64,000 nucleotides of DNA from Yuukianura sp. NJ FZ-2021 (taxonomy: Eukaryota): NCBI GenBank assembly GCA_046563655.1, contig CM102289.1, positions 9,052,001 to 9,116,000 on the forward strand, in the 5' to 3' direction. The notes under the pieces were generated by a model. The model did not search any database. It saw only the letters and a list, made by a program, of their open reading frames with translations, and had not been told where the DNA came from. Of this stretch, positions 24,361-35,704 are shown one piece after another. The first letter of the stretch is position 1; each line of letters opens with the position of its first letter. The position numbers and the translations under genes are program-made.

Positions 24361-24892
24361 GTTTCATGAAATCAGAACTAAAACAAAGAGGTACTAAAAG
24401 TCTATTAAAAAAAATGAAACAAATGAAATAAAACTTCATTTCATGAACATAATGAAACTGGTTCTATTAAAATAAATTTCAATTTAGCAATGTGATAAAA
24501 ACGCCGACACCATAAATAGCATCTAGGACTTGCCATTTTTTCAAATAATGGCAAAAGTGCTAATGGCAGGTCAGGTGCCGGAATTTTCAATTTCAACTTT
24601 CAATTTTTTCTTTCATGCTCTCCTTTGCGTCAACCACTTAGGCATCAAAAAAACTATTACAGAATTCTCAGGAATTGCATCTTTTCCATTTTTGAGTAAA
24701 GGACAAGCATTAGAAAGTACTATGACGACAAAAGTTTTAAAAAACTAACGGACTTAGAAACTTTGACTTCAAAAAAAAATTTTTTTTTGATGAATTTATT
24801 TCATTTTTGTCTCAAATTATTCCAATTTCGGATTTTTTCCAAACGCTTTTTCAAGTTCAACTTTGGATCCGCAAAGACTTTGTTCTGTAATC

Positions 24893-25559
24893 ATGTTTCC
24901 ATTTGTACGAGCTGTGGTACGTCAAAAGTCATTTTCAAAAATGTCCAAATATTTTGAAATGTTTTTTGAAACTTCCAAATCTTTTTTGAACAGGCGTATG
25001 AACTCCGGCATACGGCATTGCTGTCGCTACTAGCATTTTTGTTCTTAGGCGTCTTATCGCTGTTGAATTTAGAATTTTTGATGCCGATTTTCCTGATGCG
25101 AATCGTAGTTTTTTTTGTGACGATGATTTTGTCCCTGTTAATTAACTACGACCAAATCTACATGGGGCCAAATCACGATTTTCTCTCCATTCCTATCCTA
25201 CTGGTGAGAATTTTATTGTATTAAGTAAATTAATTATTTTTAGAACCTTGAATTGAATTAAAATTTAAGCATCTTTGTTATTTTCAAAGGTTCGTTTCGT
25301 TGTTCAGAATTTACTGGCAAAAATTATTCTACAAATGACAAGTTTATACTGCCGAGATACAATTTTTATGTGGACGAAGACCTGGAACAAGGATGACCTT
25401 ATGGAGTACGTCCTCTCCTCTTGCTCATGCGCTGGACTCATCTGCCAATTTGTACTAATTGGCACCTACAGCATATTTTCCACCTCTCGTGTGCGCTGGT
25501 TAGTAATTGTGATGGAAATTGAATGGCGAGTTGCGGAATATCTGTCCCGTTGCTTTTAG
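24893..25559 (+). CDS. Array copy 4; exons 24893-24916, 24994-25203, 25290-25559
   Basis: MFPFVRAV|AYELRHTALL...|VRFVVQNLL...YC...SSCSCAGLICQF...YLSRCF*. Confidence 0.8.
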
Positions 25560-26149
25560 TTTTCATACAATCAGAACTAAAACAAAAAAGTAAATGTCAC
25601 TTGTATTACGTTATACTGTATTAAATCAAAATTAAACAAATGAAATAGAGTTTCATTTTATGAACATTGTGATGTGAAACTGGCCTAATTCCTGCGTTTT
25701 TTCGAATATAATTTCAATTTGGCAAATAATTGATAAAAACGCACGTGGACGCCAAATAGGATCTTGGACTTGCTATTTTTTTTTTCAAATAAGGGCATTG
25801 GTGCTTGTAGCACGCCATTACACAAAAAAAAACATCAACAGAAAACACATCGACACAAAATACATCGACAAAAAAATACATCGACAATGATGTTAGAAAA
25901 GTTAGGTGACGTTTCTAACGTCCTTTTCAGAAAATACTAGATCTTTTCCATTTTGGAGTAATAAAGGACAAACATTACAAAGTACCATGGCGACAAAAGT
26001 TCTAAAAAGTAACAGACACGTTGACTTCAAAAAAACTTTTGATGAATTTTTTTTTTGTTTCAACTCATTCCGAATTTCGGTTTTTCCCAAAACGCTTTTG
26101 CAAATTCACTTCAAGGTTGGATCTTGAAAGACTTTGTTTTGTCCAAATC

Positions 26150-26803
26150 ATGTCAGCATTTTTAGGAGTCATTGTACGTCAAATGTCATTTTCAAAAATT
26201 TCGAAACATTGTCATTTATGTCTAACTTCTGAACGTTGTTTGAACAGAAGTATGAGCTGCAGCAGACGGGTTTGCTGTGTCTACTAGCTATTCTGTTCAT
26301 AAGCGTCTTATCTTTCTTGAACATGGAATTTTTGGTGCCTGTCTTCTACATGGTATTGGTAGCGACAATGTTGGCGCTTATTTTCAGTATTTACAATGAC
26401 TTCCATCACATCTACATGGCGCAAGACCCCGGATTTCGGTCCATTCCGAACCAACTGGTGAGAATTTCATTAAATTAAATTTTGGAACCTTTGATAAAAT
26501 TGGATTCAAATTTAAGGATCTTTGTTATTTTCAAAGGTTCGTTACGCTTTACAGAATTTAGTGGCAGTATTGTGTTTTAACGCGGCAAGTTGGAACTGTC
26601 GTGGTAAATTTTGGATGTGGACTGAAAGGGACAAGAGTGAAACGATTGACAACATCATTTCATCATGTGAATGTTCTGGACCAATCTGTCATTTTGTGCT
26701 AAAGTGCGTCATCGCCACAATTTCCATCGCCCGTATCCGTGGTCTGCTTGTTCTGTACGAACACCTCTTCCGAGTTTTACTGTATCTGTCCCAATACTGC
26801 TAG
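26150..26803 (+). CDS. Array copy 5; exons 26150-26173, 26248-26457, 26537-26803
   Basis: MSAFLGVI|KYELQQTGLL...|VRYALQNLV...NC...SSCECSGPICHF...YLSQYC*. Confidence 0.8.
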
Positions 26804-26934
26804 TTTTGATACAATGACTCACCAAATCGTGATTTTGGATTCTTTTTGAAACAATTTGTAAGAATTTGAAATTGATTTTCGTTTTTACTCCAAATTTCTC
26901 TCCAATTCAAACATTTTTTTGTTATTTTCCGAAG

Positions 26935-27192
26935 GCTCGTTTCGGTATTCAACTTTTGCTGGTCAAGATCAGTTACAAAATTGGAAGTTCCTACTGCCCA
27001 AGTACAAATTCGATGTGGGCTGAAGAGGAAATGTATGTGCCTGGTGGAGAAATTTTTTCCTGCGCATGTTCAGGACAATTATGTGAGTGTAAGCTGTTCG
27101 TCGTCTCGTGCATATTTTCAGTTGCCCGCATTCGATGTGGGGTTATTCTACTGCAAAACTTTTTTTCCGTTCTTTACTGCAATTGCGCTTAA
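26935..27192 (+). CDS. Extra copy of the array's terminal exon only (alternative last exon of copy 5, or a relic)
   Basis: Phase-0 AG acceptor at 26934, then ARFGIQLLL...YCPS...FSCACSGQLC...ARIRCG...*; there is no room for exons 1-2 in the ~130 bp after the copy-5 stop. Confidence 0.65.
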   Translation, partial: ARFGIQLLLVKISYKIGSSYCPSTNSMWAEEEMYVPGGEIFSCACSGQLCECKLFVVSCIFSVARIRCGVILLQNFFSVLYCNCA

Positions 27193-28686
27193 CAATTTTG
27201 TCATTCCAATTATGAGCAAAAAAAGCTAACTAAACTTTTGATAAAAATCAAACCAAAATTATACAAGAGTAAAAAAAATAAATACTCGAATAAATAAAAA
27301 TTCAACTTCTCATAAAAAAAAGTACGAATTTGGAAAAATGAAAATCATTTTCTTTCTTCTGTTTTTGTGTCATTCTTTGGTAGACAAATTGAAATTCCTT
27401 AAATTGACACTTTTCAAAATGAATTTTCTAGCCAAGTCTAATTTGAGTCCATTGTTGTGACAAAAACAGCCTAATTTGAAATCCTGAACAGAAGTGGAAC
27501 GTAATGTAAACACTTCAGCGACAACGACGCTATGAGTGCTCATCAACAACAAATGTGGAGTCCTCACGTCCAGAAAGTGCTGGAACTGGAGGCAATACTG
27601 CCAGCATTCTCAAATTCCAAGAACAGTTGAAAAGACTTGAGCACGGAAGTGATAAAATGGATGTGACCAAAGGGCACTGAGTGTATCACCTTAACAAAAC
27701 ACAGGCGTCTTCTACGGTTAGGTTAAGGCTTTCGTTAGGTTATGTTTTGGTTAGGCTAAAAACCTAAGGTGAAAGCAGACTTTCTCCGCCAAAATAAATC
27801 TACTCACGTCCAAACACTTCAAAACCCCTTTAAACTTCATCCTCATTCGTTAGCCTTAACTGGCTAAGAAAGAAGAAGAAATGGACCTATCCTAACAAAA
27901 ACCTAACCTTAGTTTTACTATAGTTAGTACTGTAAGTTATGCACTGTTGACCTGCTCAAATGCCCGCATCCAAACTACCCGCCATTTTAGTCCACAACGA
28001 CACAGAATGCCTTAAAACCCGCATTTCATCCTAGATTTTCCTCCCACTTTTCTGTTTTATTATTCAAATTTCGTCAAACACAATGACTTTAGATAGGCAC
28101 ATAAAATGTGGGCGGATAGCACCAGTTTCGGAATTCAAAATTCCAACTTGTTTTGTTTGAATTATCAAATTTTAGTAGACATGGTTCGCAAAATTTGAAA
28201 ACCAAAACTATTATCTTGTTTTTCCTTTTGCATACAAATAGGAACGAATCAAACGTAAACCTAATCCAAAACAAAAAATTTCCCAAAAACCTTCAATTTT
28301 TTTTTACAATTTGTACCAAGTTTTTAAAACGGAATTCCAAATTGGAAATTCGAGTTCAAGAATTCAAAATTTAAGTTCGAGCATTCAAAGTTCAAGTTAA
28401 AGTTTTATCGGTTTTTGCTTTTACAAAAAAAAAACCTTCACAAAATCTAAACACAGTTTTGCAGAAGGGGCAGGAATTATTTTCGGAATGCGCGCTTTTG
28501 GCGCGAATTTTTGTATTTTAGAGCCGTTTGTAGCAGAAACTCTCAGAATTTTAGATCTGATAGAATTCCAGAAGTGTAGTGGTGAAAGTGAAAGTGAGAA
28601 TAATAGCAAGTAGGTGTTTAATGGTTTCAGCGGGAATGCTGAAAATGAAATATTAGGAGCGAAAGGCTTTTGAAAAGAAAACTCAC

Positions 28687-28832
28687 CGAATTGGGGCTGA
28701 ATGCTGTAGAGAATTATTCATCCAAGTCCAATGGAGCTTCTGTTCCAATTCCCTCTGCGTTGTAAACCCAAGTGTTTGAGCTTTGGAACAAAGAAAGCGG
28801 GAATTTGTGAATTTGATACAGATCAAGTTTGA
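28687..28832 (-). other. Candidate distal 5' exon of Homer (ATG at 28721: MNNSLQHSAPI-R)
   Basis: Strong TTCTCTCACTTTCTCCAG acceptor and CG|GTGAGT donor. The phase-2 end is in frame with both Homer exon 19119-19054 and exon 17248. An upstream AAG|GTAACC donor lies at 29018. Confidence 0.4.
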
Positions 28833-30482
28833 CTGGAGAAAGTGAGAGAAAGGAGTCCTCACTTTTATGGTTATGTCCTCACTGTTTCATTTATTAGGAA
28901 AAGGATTTTGGTTAGGAATTCCTATTGTTCCAATCTCCAGCGACAATTCCTGGAAGTTCCTGGAACTGCTGGAACTGATGAGAGACTGGAGTGAAAGTGA
29001 ATCTTCCCTTGTGGTTACCTTCTGAACACAAAACGGCTGTAGACACAAAACCGCTTTTTAGAGAAAGGACTTTGGGTTTGTGAGCAGGAGTGAAAACGAA
29101 GTCTAAACTTTCTCCTGAATTTCAAATTTTCACCACAACTTTATTTGAGGGCGGAGAAATGCTGGTGGTGGTCTATTCTTAATAAATTAGATCAAACTGG
29201 CGCGAATTCTGTGACGAAAGGGCTGATTGACCGCAGGAAGTTGTTGGTTGAGAGCGTCAAAATTTTCGGTTCGTTTATCCCGAAGGTCAAACGGGTCACA
29301 AAAGTTGCGGTTTTGTTCACAAATCCACAAATTTGTTCAACAGATTTAAGTTTTTTCCTCTAAAACTTCAGAATTGAAGCCCAGATTTAGGTCAAGTTTG
29401 GATTAAAATTCTTCCAACTTCTGCAGAAAAAAAAGAAGAATTCTAACTCTAAAAAAAATCTTTGCAGAGTGAAAGTTTTTGAAATGTTTTATTTCATTTC
29501 ACTTGCTTTCTTTTTAGTTTTTGTGTGTTTTGTTTTGAAGTTTAGTTTTTTGTTTGTTTTGAAGTTAGTTTTGTTTTTGGTTTTAAGTTAGTTTTTCTTT
29601 GTGAATGGAAAATGTTGAGGTCAAACGATGAGTTTGTTAGGCTATTAAGAATAGAGTGAAAAGCAGAGGTCAAACTTGTGGAAGTTGCATGTCAGAGTCC
29701 AGTGTGGGTAGGAAACTGTCTGCGTGGGTCTTAAATGTAACTATTTTTGTTTGGAGAAAGTTACTTTTCAGAGTTTGATGAAAAAAGTAGTTTTTTGGAA
29801 AGAGGCTTAATAGGATCTCGGAAGGTTGATATTCCCAAGGTGGAATTGAAAACATTTTCTTCCTTTAGAAGGAAAGTTTTGGTACTGTCGAACTTATTAA
29901 ATCCAATTCAATCCCATCCCCAAGCCTCTTTCTACAATCCTCCAATAACTCCTGCTTTCACTCGCTTTTCAAAAAAAAAACTCTGTTCAAATTGACAATT
30001 GAGACACGAGCTGCGAACCAGTTTCAATTCAGTTTGTATTTGATCCGGTAAAAATTTTTTAAAAACTCAATTTTTTAAAGTTCAAAGTTGCACTACAAAA
30101 CTTCAAACAAAATTCTCCAGTTTAAAAAGAAATCACAATTTTTTTCTTGGTTTACTGACAATCATTGATATTCGAAATTTTCCCTTCTATACTAAAGAAC
30201 ACGAAATATTTTTGTGAAAGTGTCAAATCGGATCAAAGCTTTCTGAATTCAACTTGAATTTTTTGAAGGTTTTGGTTGTCAGGACAACCAGTTTAAACGT
30301 CAATACAGCTCTTTTTAGAATTCCTAAAAAAAGTTGTGTATTTTAGACAAAATCCTTCAGGCGACATGACAAGAAAATCAAGTGACGTTTTTACTCATAA
30401 AATTGAAAATTGAGTGTAACAAAAGCCTATCAGCTCGTATCAGCTTTACTACAAGACTAAAAATTTTAACTTTGGCCTGATT

Positions 30483-31498
30483 ATGGAAGAAGGTGAAAAA
30501 GTTTGTTCGAAAACTACTAAGACAAGGAAGGCAAAAATGACCTTAGACAAAAGCCTAAAGACAAAGATAGACACTGGGACTGGTGACACGGAACAAAAAG
30601 GTTCCAGTGGCAAAGCTAACTTGAAAATTCCAGTGGAAGTTGCTGGAGCCAAGACGTTCCAGGAAGTTTTAGAGGCCTTGGCTTCTGGTTCTTTAGGACA
30701 GAAGGGTCCTGCTCTAAAGACAATTGAAACTGACAAGTCTCCCTCCCACTCCATAACTACTGCTGCTCTCATTCAACAAGACAAGCTTGAGTGTCGATCG
30801 ATTGAAGAAGGACAAGACGAAGGGCCCTCTGAAACTGAAGGGCCCCCAGTGGCTGACCCTGTGGTCAAGGTCATGGAGCACTTCCTCATGTGGATTGACG
30901 AAGTGGAGACGGAACAGATACTCACGAATGACATTTTGGCAATTCAGTCAGGTAAATTTACAAAGTGAAAAAAAATTTCAAAAAAGTTTTCCAGCCTGCA
31001 CTTTCTCAAATTCGATTTGAGGAAGCTAAAATTCTAGAAATCCGATATCCAAAATTACGTTTTGTGCACTTTTGAAGTTTTGAATTTTTTTGTACAGGTC
31101 ACGGTGACGAACTTCTTTTAAAAATTACGGCGGAGTTGGAGGAAACCAATGTGAAACTGGCATTTGAACGAGCCAATCAAGAAAAAGAAGAAACCAAAAA
31201 ATCTGAAGAAGATGTCAAAGTGCCAGGATCTGCGAAAACCAAAAAATGGAAAATTCCCGGGAATTTGTCGCTTGACCCCACATTGACTGAGCCACCGGAA
31301 GACTTGATGCCACCAACTATTCATGAGGATGCCCCGTCGCCACGGTCACCACTTCTGAGAACCAATCCCATGTCACCGTCCATTCCAAGTCCACCGCCAG
31401 CACAGTTCCTGCTGCACTCTCCATGTTCAAGTGCGAGACCAAGTGGATCCAGCCTCCGCAGTCCAAATCGTGCTCAAACTGGACTTCCTCCTCTGTCG
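30483..31498 (+). CDS. Probable alternative N-terminal exons (30483-30951, 31098-31498) of the PP2A B'' gene
   Basis: Two open exons joined at phase 1; acidic then Pro/Ser-rich; a phase-0 donor at 31499 fits the phase-0 acceptor of B'' core exon 38133. Could instead be a separate gene ending at 31582. Confidence 0.55.
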
Positions 31499-34400
31499 GT
31501 AATTCAATCATTCAATTACTTCAATTACTCTGTACAACATGTTGGGGTAAAACTATGGGGGACAGCGGATATGTTAGTTTAAAGCAACTGACTAACACTT
31601 CAAGGACAATGACACTTGTAAAACGTGAAAAAAGTCACTTAACCTCAGTGAAAGGTCACTAAAAGTCAAGAGAAAAGTCACTAAAAGTCAGTTTAAAGTT
31701 CACAAAATATTAGGGGAAAGTCATTAAAAAAAGTCAGTGAAAAGGTCACTGAAGGTCAGAAAAAGTCACTGAAAGTCAGTGAAAAATGTGACTAGTCATT
31801 GAAAAAGTTGTTACTAAACAAACTGTTCAAGCTCAGCTGTACACACTTTTTTTAATGCTAAAAGTTCAACATGCGTAACATTCAATGGGAGTGTTTTTAA
31901 GGCTAGGTTTTACGTTTTGGCTGTTTTTGTTTCTCCTTTTTTTTAAATCAAGTTTTCATGCCGTATTGTGAAAATGTCAAATTTAATTTCTTGTTTGTAG
32001 GGTGCTGCGTTTCTTAATTGTTTTCTTTTTGCCATTTTTTGTAAGTTTTGGTTTTAATTTGATTTCTTTTATACAAAATTAAAAGTGCAGAAGTTAAGCT
32101 TGCCAAGGGTTTTGTAGTTGCAAATTGCTCATTTTTTTTTACCTATTGCGAATTTTTCACCTTGAGAGTTTTACAGCCAAAGCTTAAAGTTGACAATGAC
32201 TGTCAAAAATCTCTTGACATCTCTTCTTCCCACGCCCTACGCATTGTTCTTCTCATCCTGTTTTTGGTAATTAGCGAACAGAAATAATTAACACCTTCAA
32301 AATTATGAACAGTTTAACTCTTGTTGGGAAATAACACAAAGTATACATGTAGAATTTGCCAAATTCATTAACTTTTGAGAGTCTGTGTACAAATACAGTA
32401 TGGTCCTCATGTCTTTTCAATTGACTCTTGAATCTCATGTGAATTTGTGAAATATGAAACCGCAAGACGTGATCAAGTAGCAACTAAAGTGGTAGGTACT
32501 ACAGTTATGGTGTAAGTTACATGCAATTTCTTCACGTAAATTGAAAGATATACTCTGTATGTACTTAAAGGAGCGCCGCATTTGTTTCACTTAGAGCATT
32601 AAACAGTTAAACCACTGCTGAAGTTTTCAAATTCAGAAAAATGTTAAGTGCGTGACGGCGCACGATGAATTAATAATGAACTTTCATCGAACAGGTCGAA
32701 TTTTTTTTCTTCATTTTCTTGTAAAATACTTGCCAAAAATGAAAAAAAAAATCGATCCCACCTCCTATCACCACTTTTTCCTAACAGATTCAAATGGTAA
32801 TCAATAATCATAATTTCTGAACTTGTTCACTTTATGTTTTACATGAAATCTCTGTTATTAACGATAACGTTATAAACATTAACAAACCATTTCGAAATTT
32901 CCCACCAAATTTTTCCTCCTGCTAAACTGTTAAACCTTGCCAAAGTTCTGCCTCTGCTTAAATTATTTATTTATTCAAGTCTTAACCAAAAGTTCAACAA
33001 AACTTTTTGCAACTTTTCCTCTATAAAAGGTTACAAATCCCGTTGGATTTTAGTAACTCTTGAAATTTAAGTCTTCAGCCTAAAACTTGGCCAATTCTGT
33101 ATTTGTTAGGCTTATTGTTAGTCTTAAGTGCATAGGTTTGTGCAAATTCACTATCGCAACATTTAGTTTCTGCCCAGACGCAGTTGATACTTGAAACTCG
33201 TGACATTTAGCTTTTCCAAGGTCGGAAGTTTAAAGTTGGTGCCAAAAGTTGCAAACTTTTGCAAGGAAAAGTGGAATGACGAAACCTTGCGGTTCCTTTT
33301 TGAGAACTTTTTTCTTGTTACTGTTAAAAGCGTGTGCGTTTTGTTGATGTTTCTTTCTTTACTGAAGGTTTTTGCGACGATTGTGAGGGCGTTATTCGCA
33401 AATTTTAAAAGTTGGTTTTTCATACATAAGGAAGTATGATTTGGCGACATCAGAATTGTACATGTACATATTCGGTTGATTAAACCTTGTACACTCACTT
33501 TTGCAAAGTTTTAACACCCTGGCCTTAGCATTTCTTTTAATATTTAGTTCCACAGTCTCACAAATCATGCTCCTACCTACCCCTTTTGCAAACCTAATTT
33601 GGAACTTGATTCATTTCGAATCTCAAATCTTTAAGAAAGAGTCAGAAGGTTATAGCAAGGTTAGGTTTGTTAGGTTTTAGGTTTAGGTAGGAGTGGTTAA
33701 CATCATCTCCATTGTGTTTCAGCGTAGGTGTCCAGAAATAGGCTTTGACTCCTCAGTTTTTAATTTGCATTTTGATTTAAAGGAACTTTGGATTTGAACG
33801 TGTGAACACAAAAGTTTCCATTTTTATTGCCATTTTGGATTCAATTTGCATTGTGATTTCAATTTTTAGTTCAATTTTGCCATTTGGATTGAAAATCTTG
33901 TCAGACGAGACACACTTTATTTCTTCAGAATTTGAAATTTGCGACGTCGTGTGAAGGAAGCATTTGGTGTTCCACTTTTTAGATTTTTTTGAAACTTCAA
34001 CTTTTAATTTGGTAATAATTATTATTGAAAGTGACTGTTTTGACCTGTGTGACTCGTTCTTAAGTGATTTTTGATCCACTGATCCATTTTTCTTAAGTGC
34101 ACAATCCCATACTAGTCCTACTGTTGATATTAACCAGCATGAGTCATACACAGCATCTGATCCAACCGCATTCTTCGTAATGACTTGACCATACTCACAA
34201 GATTTCGAGTGTTTTAGTGTTTCGGTTAGTCTTAGTCTTCAGTTTTCAAATGGTCAATTGTGTGGGATTTTGGCAGAGTCATGGGCTATTGTCCTTCTTC
34301 AAATTGTACTTGCGGATGCAGCATTTTTTTGTTCCGCAAAGAATCTGCACATCATTCATTCTTCCGTTTCAGTCCTAACTTCAACTGCATAGCCTTTGAA

Positions 34401-35704
34401 ACATTCTTGACTCTTCAACAATAACATTCTAAAAAAACTTTTTTGAAAAAGGTGACCTTTGACCTCTGCTAAACAGTTTTTAGACGAAGGTTGAATCAGT
34501 AACTAGTGCCAGTTTTTAGTTTTTGAGTAAAAACACTCTGAGTTTTGAAAACCTCATTTGGAAGAGGAAGGATATGACAAGCAGAGAAAGTGATTACTTG
34601 TGAAAACTTTTTTAAACAAGTTTTTTTTAAACAGTTTTTTTAAAAAACGGTGCCGTTTGAACGACGCGCTGCTCCAAGACTGCTTGTTTAGTGATTTTTT
34701 AGATACTCAGTGTACAACTTCCTTTTAAATGAATTCCCTACGGTTTTTTTCTAAAGTGTTTTCTTCTACGGTGTTTTTTTGAAAGTGTTTTTTTTTGAAA
34801 ACCTTGCCTGCCTGTCTTAAGCACTGAATTGGATTCTTGTGCCAGCGTTTTTATAGTGTTTTAGTGTTGGCGTAGATTTTTTGAAAGTTTTTTCAACTTT
34901 AGATTTTGGTTCCCCCATTGGATTTTAGGTTCTTCTGTCACTGTAACTTCCTCAAGTCCATACCTAAAAATAGCTACAGTGTACACTAACATGTACTAAA
35001 AGACTACAGCTTTGTACGAGCAGCCAAACGAATCTTCATCTTTGCATCTTCCAAACTCATCTTCAGTTTTTTCAATTCTTCTTCAAAGTGCAGATGTGGA
35101 AAAATTAATTCCGAATTCCTCGATACAGACAGCGGAAGTCAAAATTTTGAACCCAAAATCAAGAAATTCAAAGCTAAAACTTTCATTTGGATTTTCGCGT
35201 TTTCAGAATTTATTCAAAAATTGAACTGTTTCAGTTCAAAATCAAAGTTGAAAAATTGAAATCTACTTTTCAAAATTTGGAAATTGCGACAAAGTGAAAA
35301 TTGGAGTTGGAGTGAAAGTGTTAAAACGTTTGTACTTTTGTGAAACTTGGAAATTCTTTGAAGTCGGAAAAACTTCTCCTTTTGTGTGTTTTTGTTTCAA
35401 ACAGGCAGTTCGTGGCTTTTGGAAGAAAACTTTTTAGCCTTTCAGTAAATTTGAAAATTTGCATTAGAGTGTGTCCATTTGAGTTATTTTTCATTTCAAG
35501 GTTTTTTGGCAAGAGGGATTTGCATTTCACTAAAACAAAAAAGTTGAATTTAAAAAAAAAGTTTTAAGTCAAGGAAAGTTTTCTGTGAAAGGTCATTTTT
35601 CATGTTCAAGTGAAGTGTGTCAGCCGTAAGGTAATTTCCGAGTTTTTCAAAAAAGTTTACCCAGTTTTTTGAAATTTTTGACTAAAAAGTGAACTTTCCG
35701 AGGT

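Noticed and set aside
31630..31800. AAAGTCACT-type repeats as a CRISPR-like array
   Set aside because: Short degenerate simple repeat without unique spacers, in a eukaryotic context; the same applies to 7755-7820, 25843-25885 and 62018-62087.
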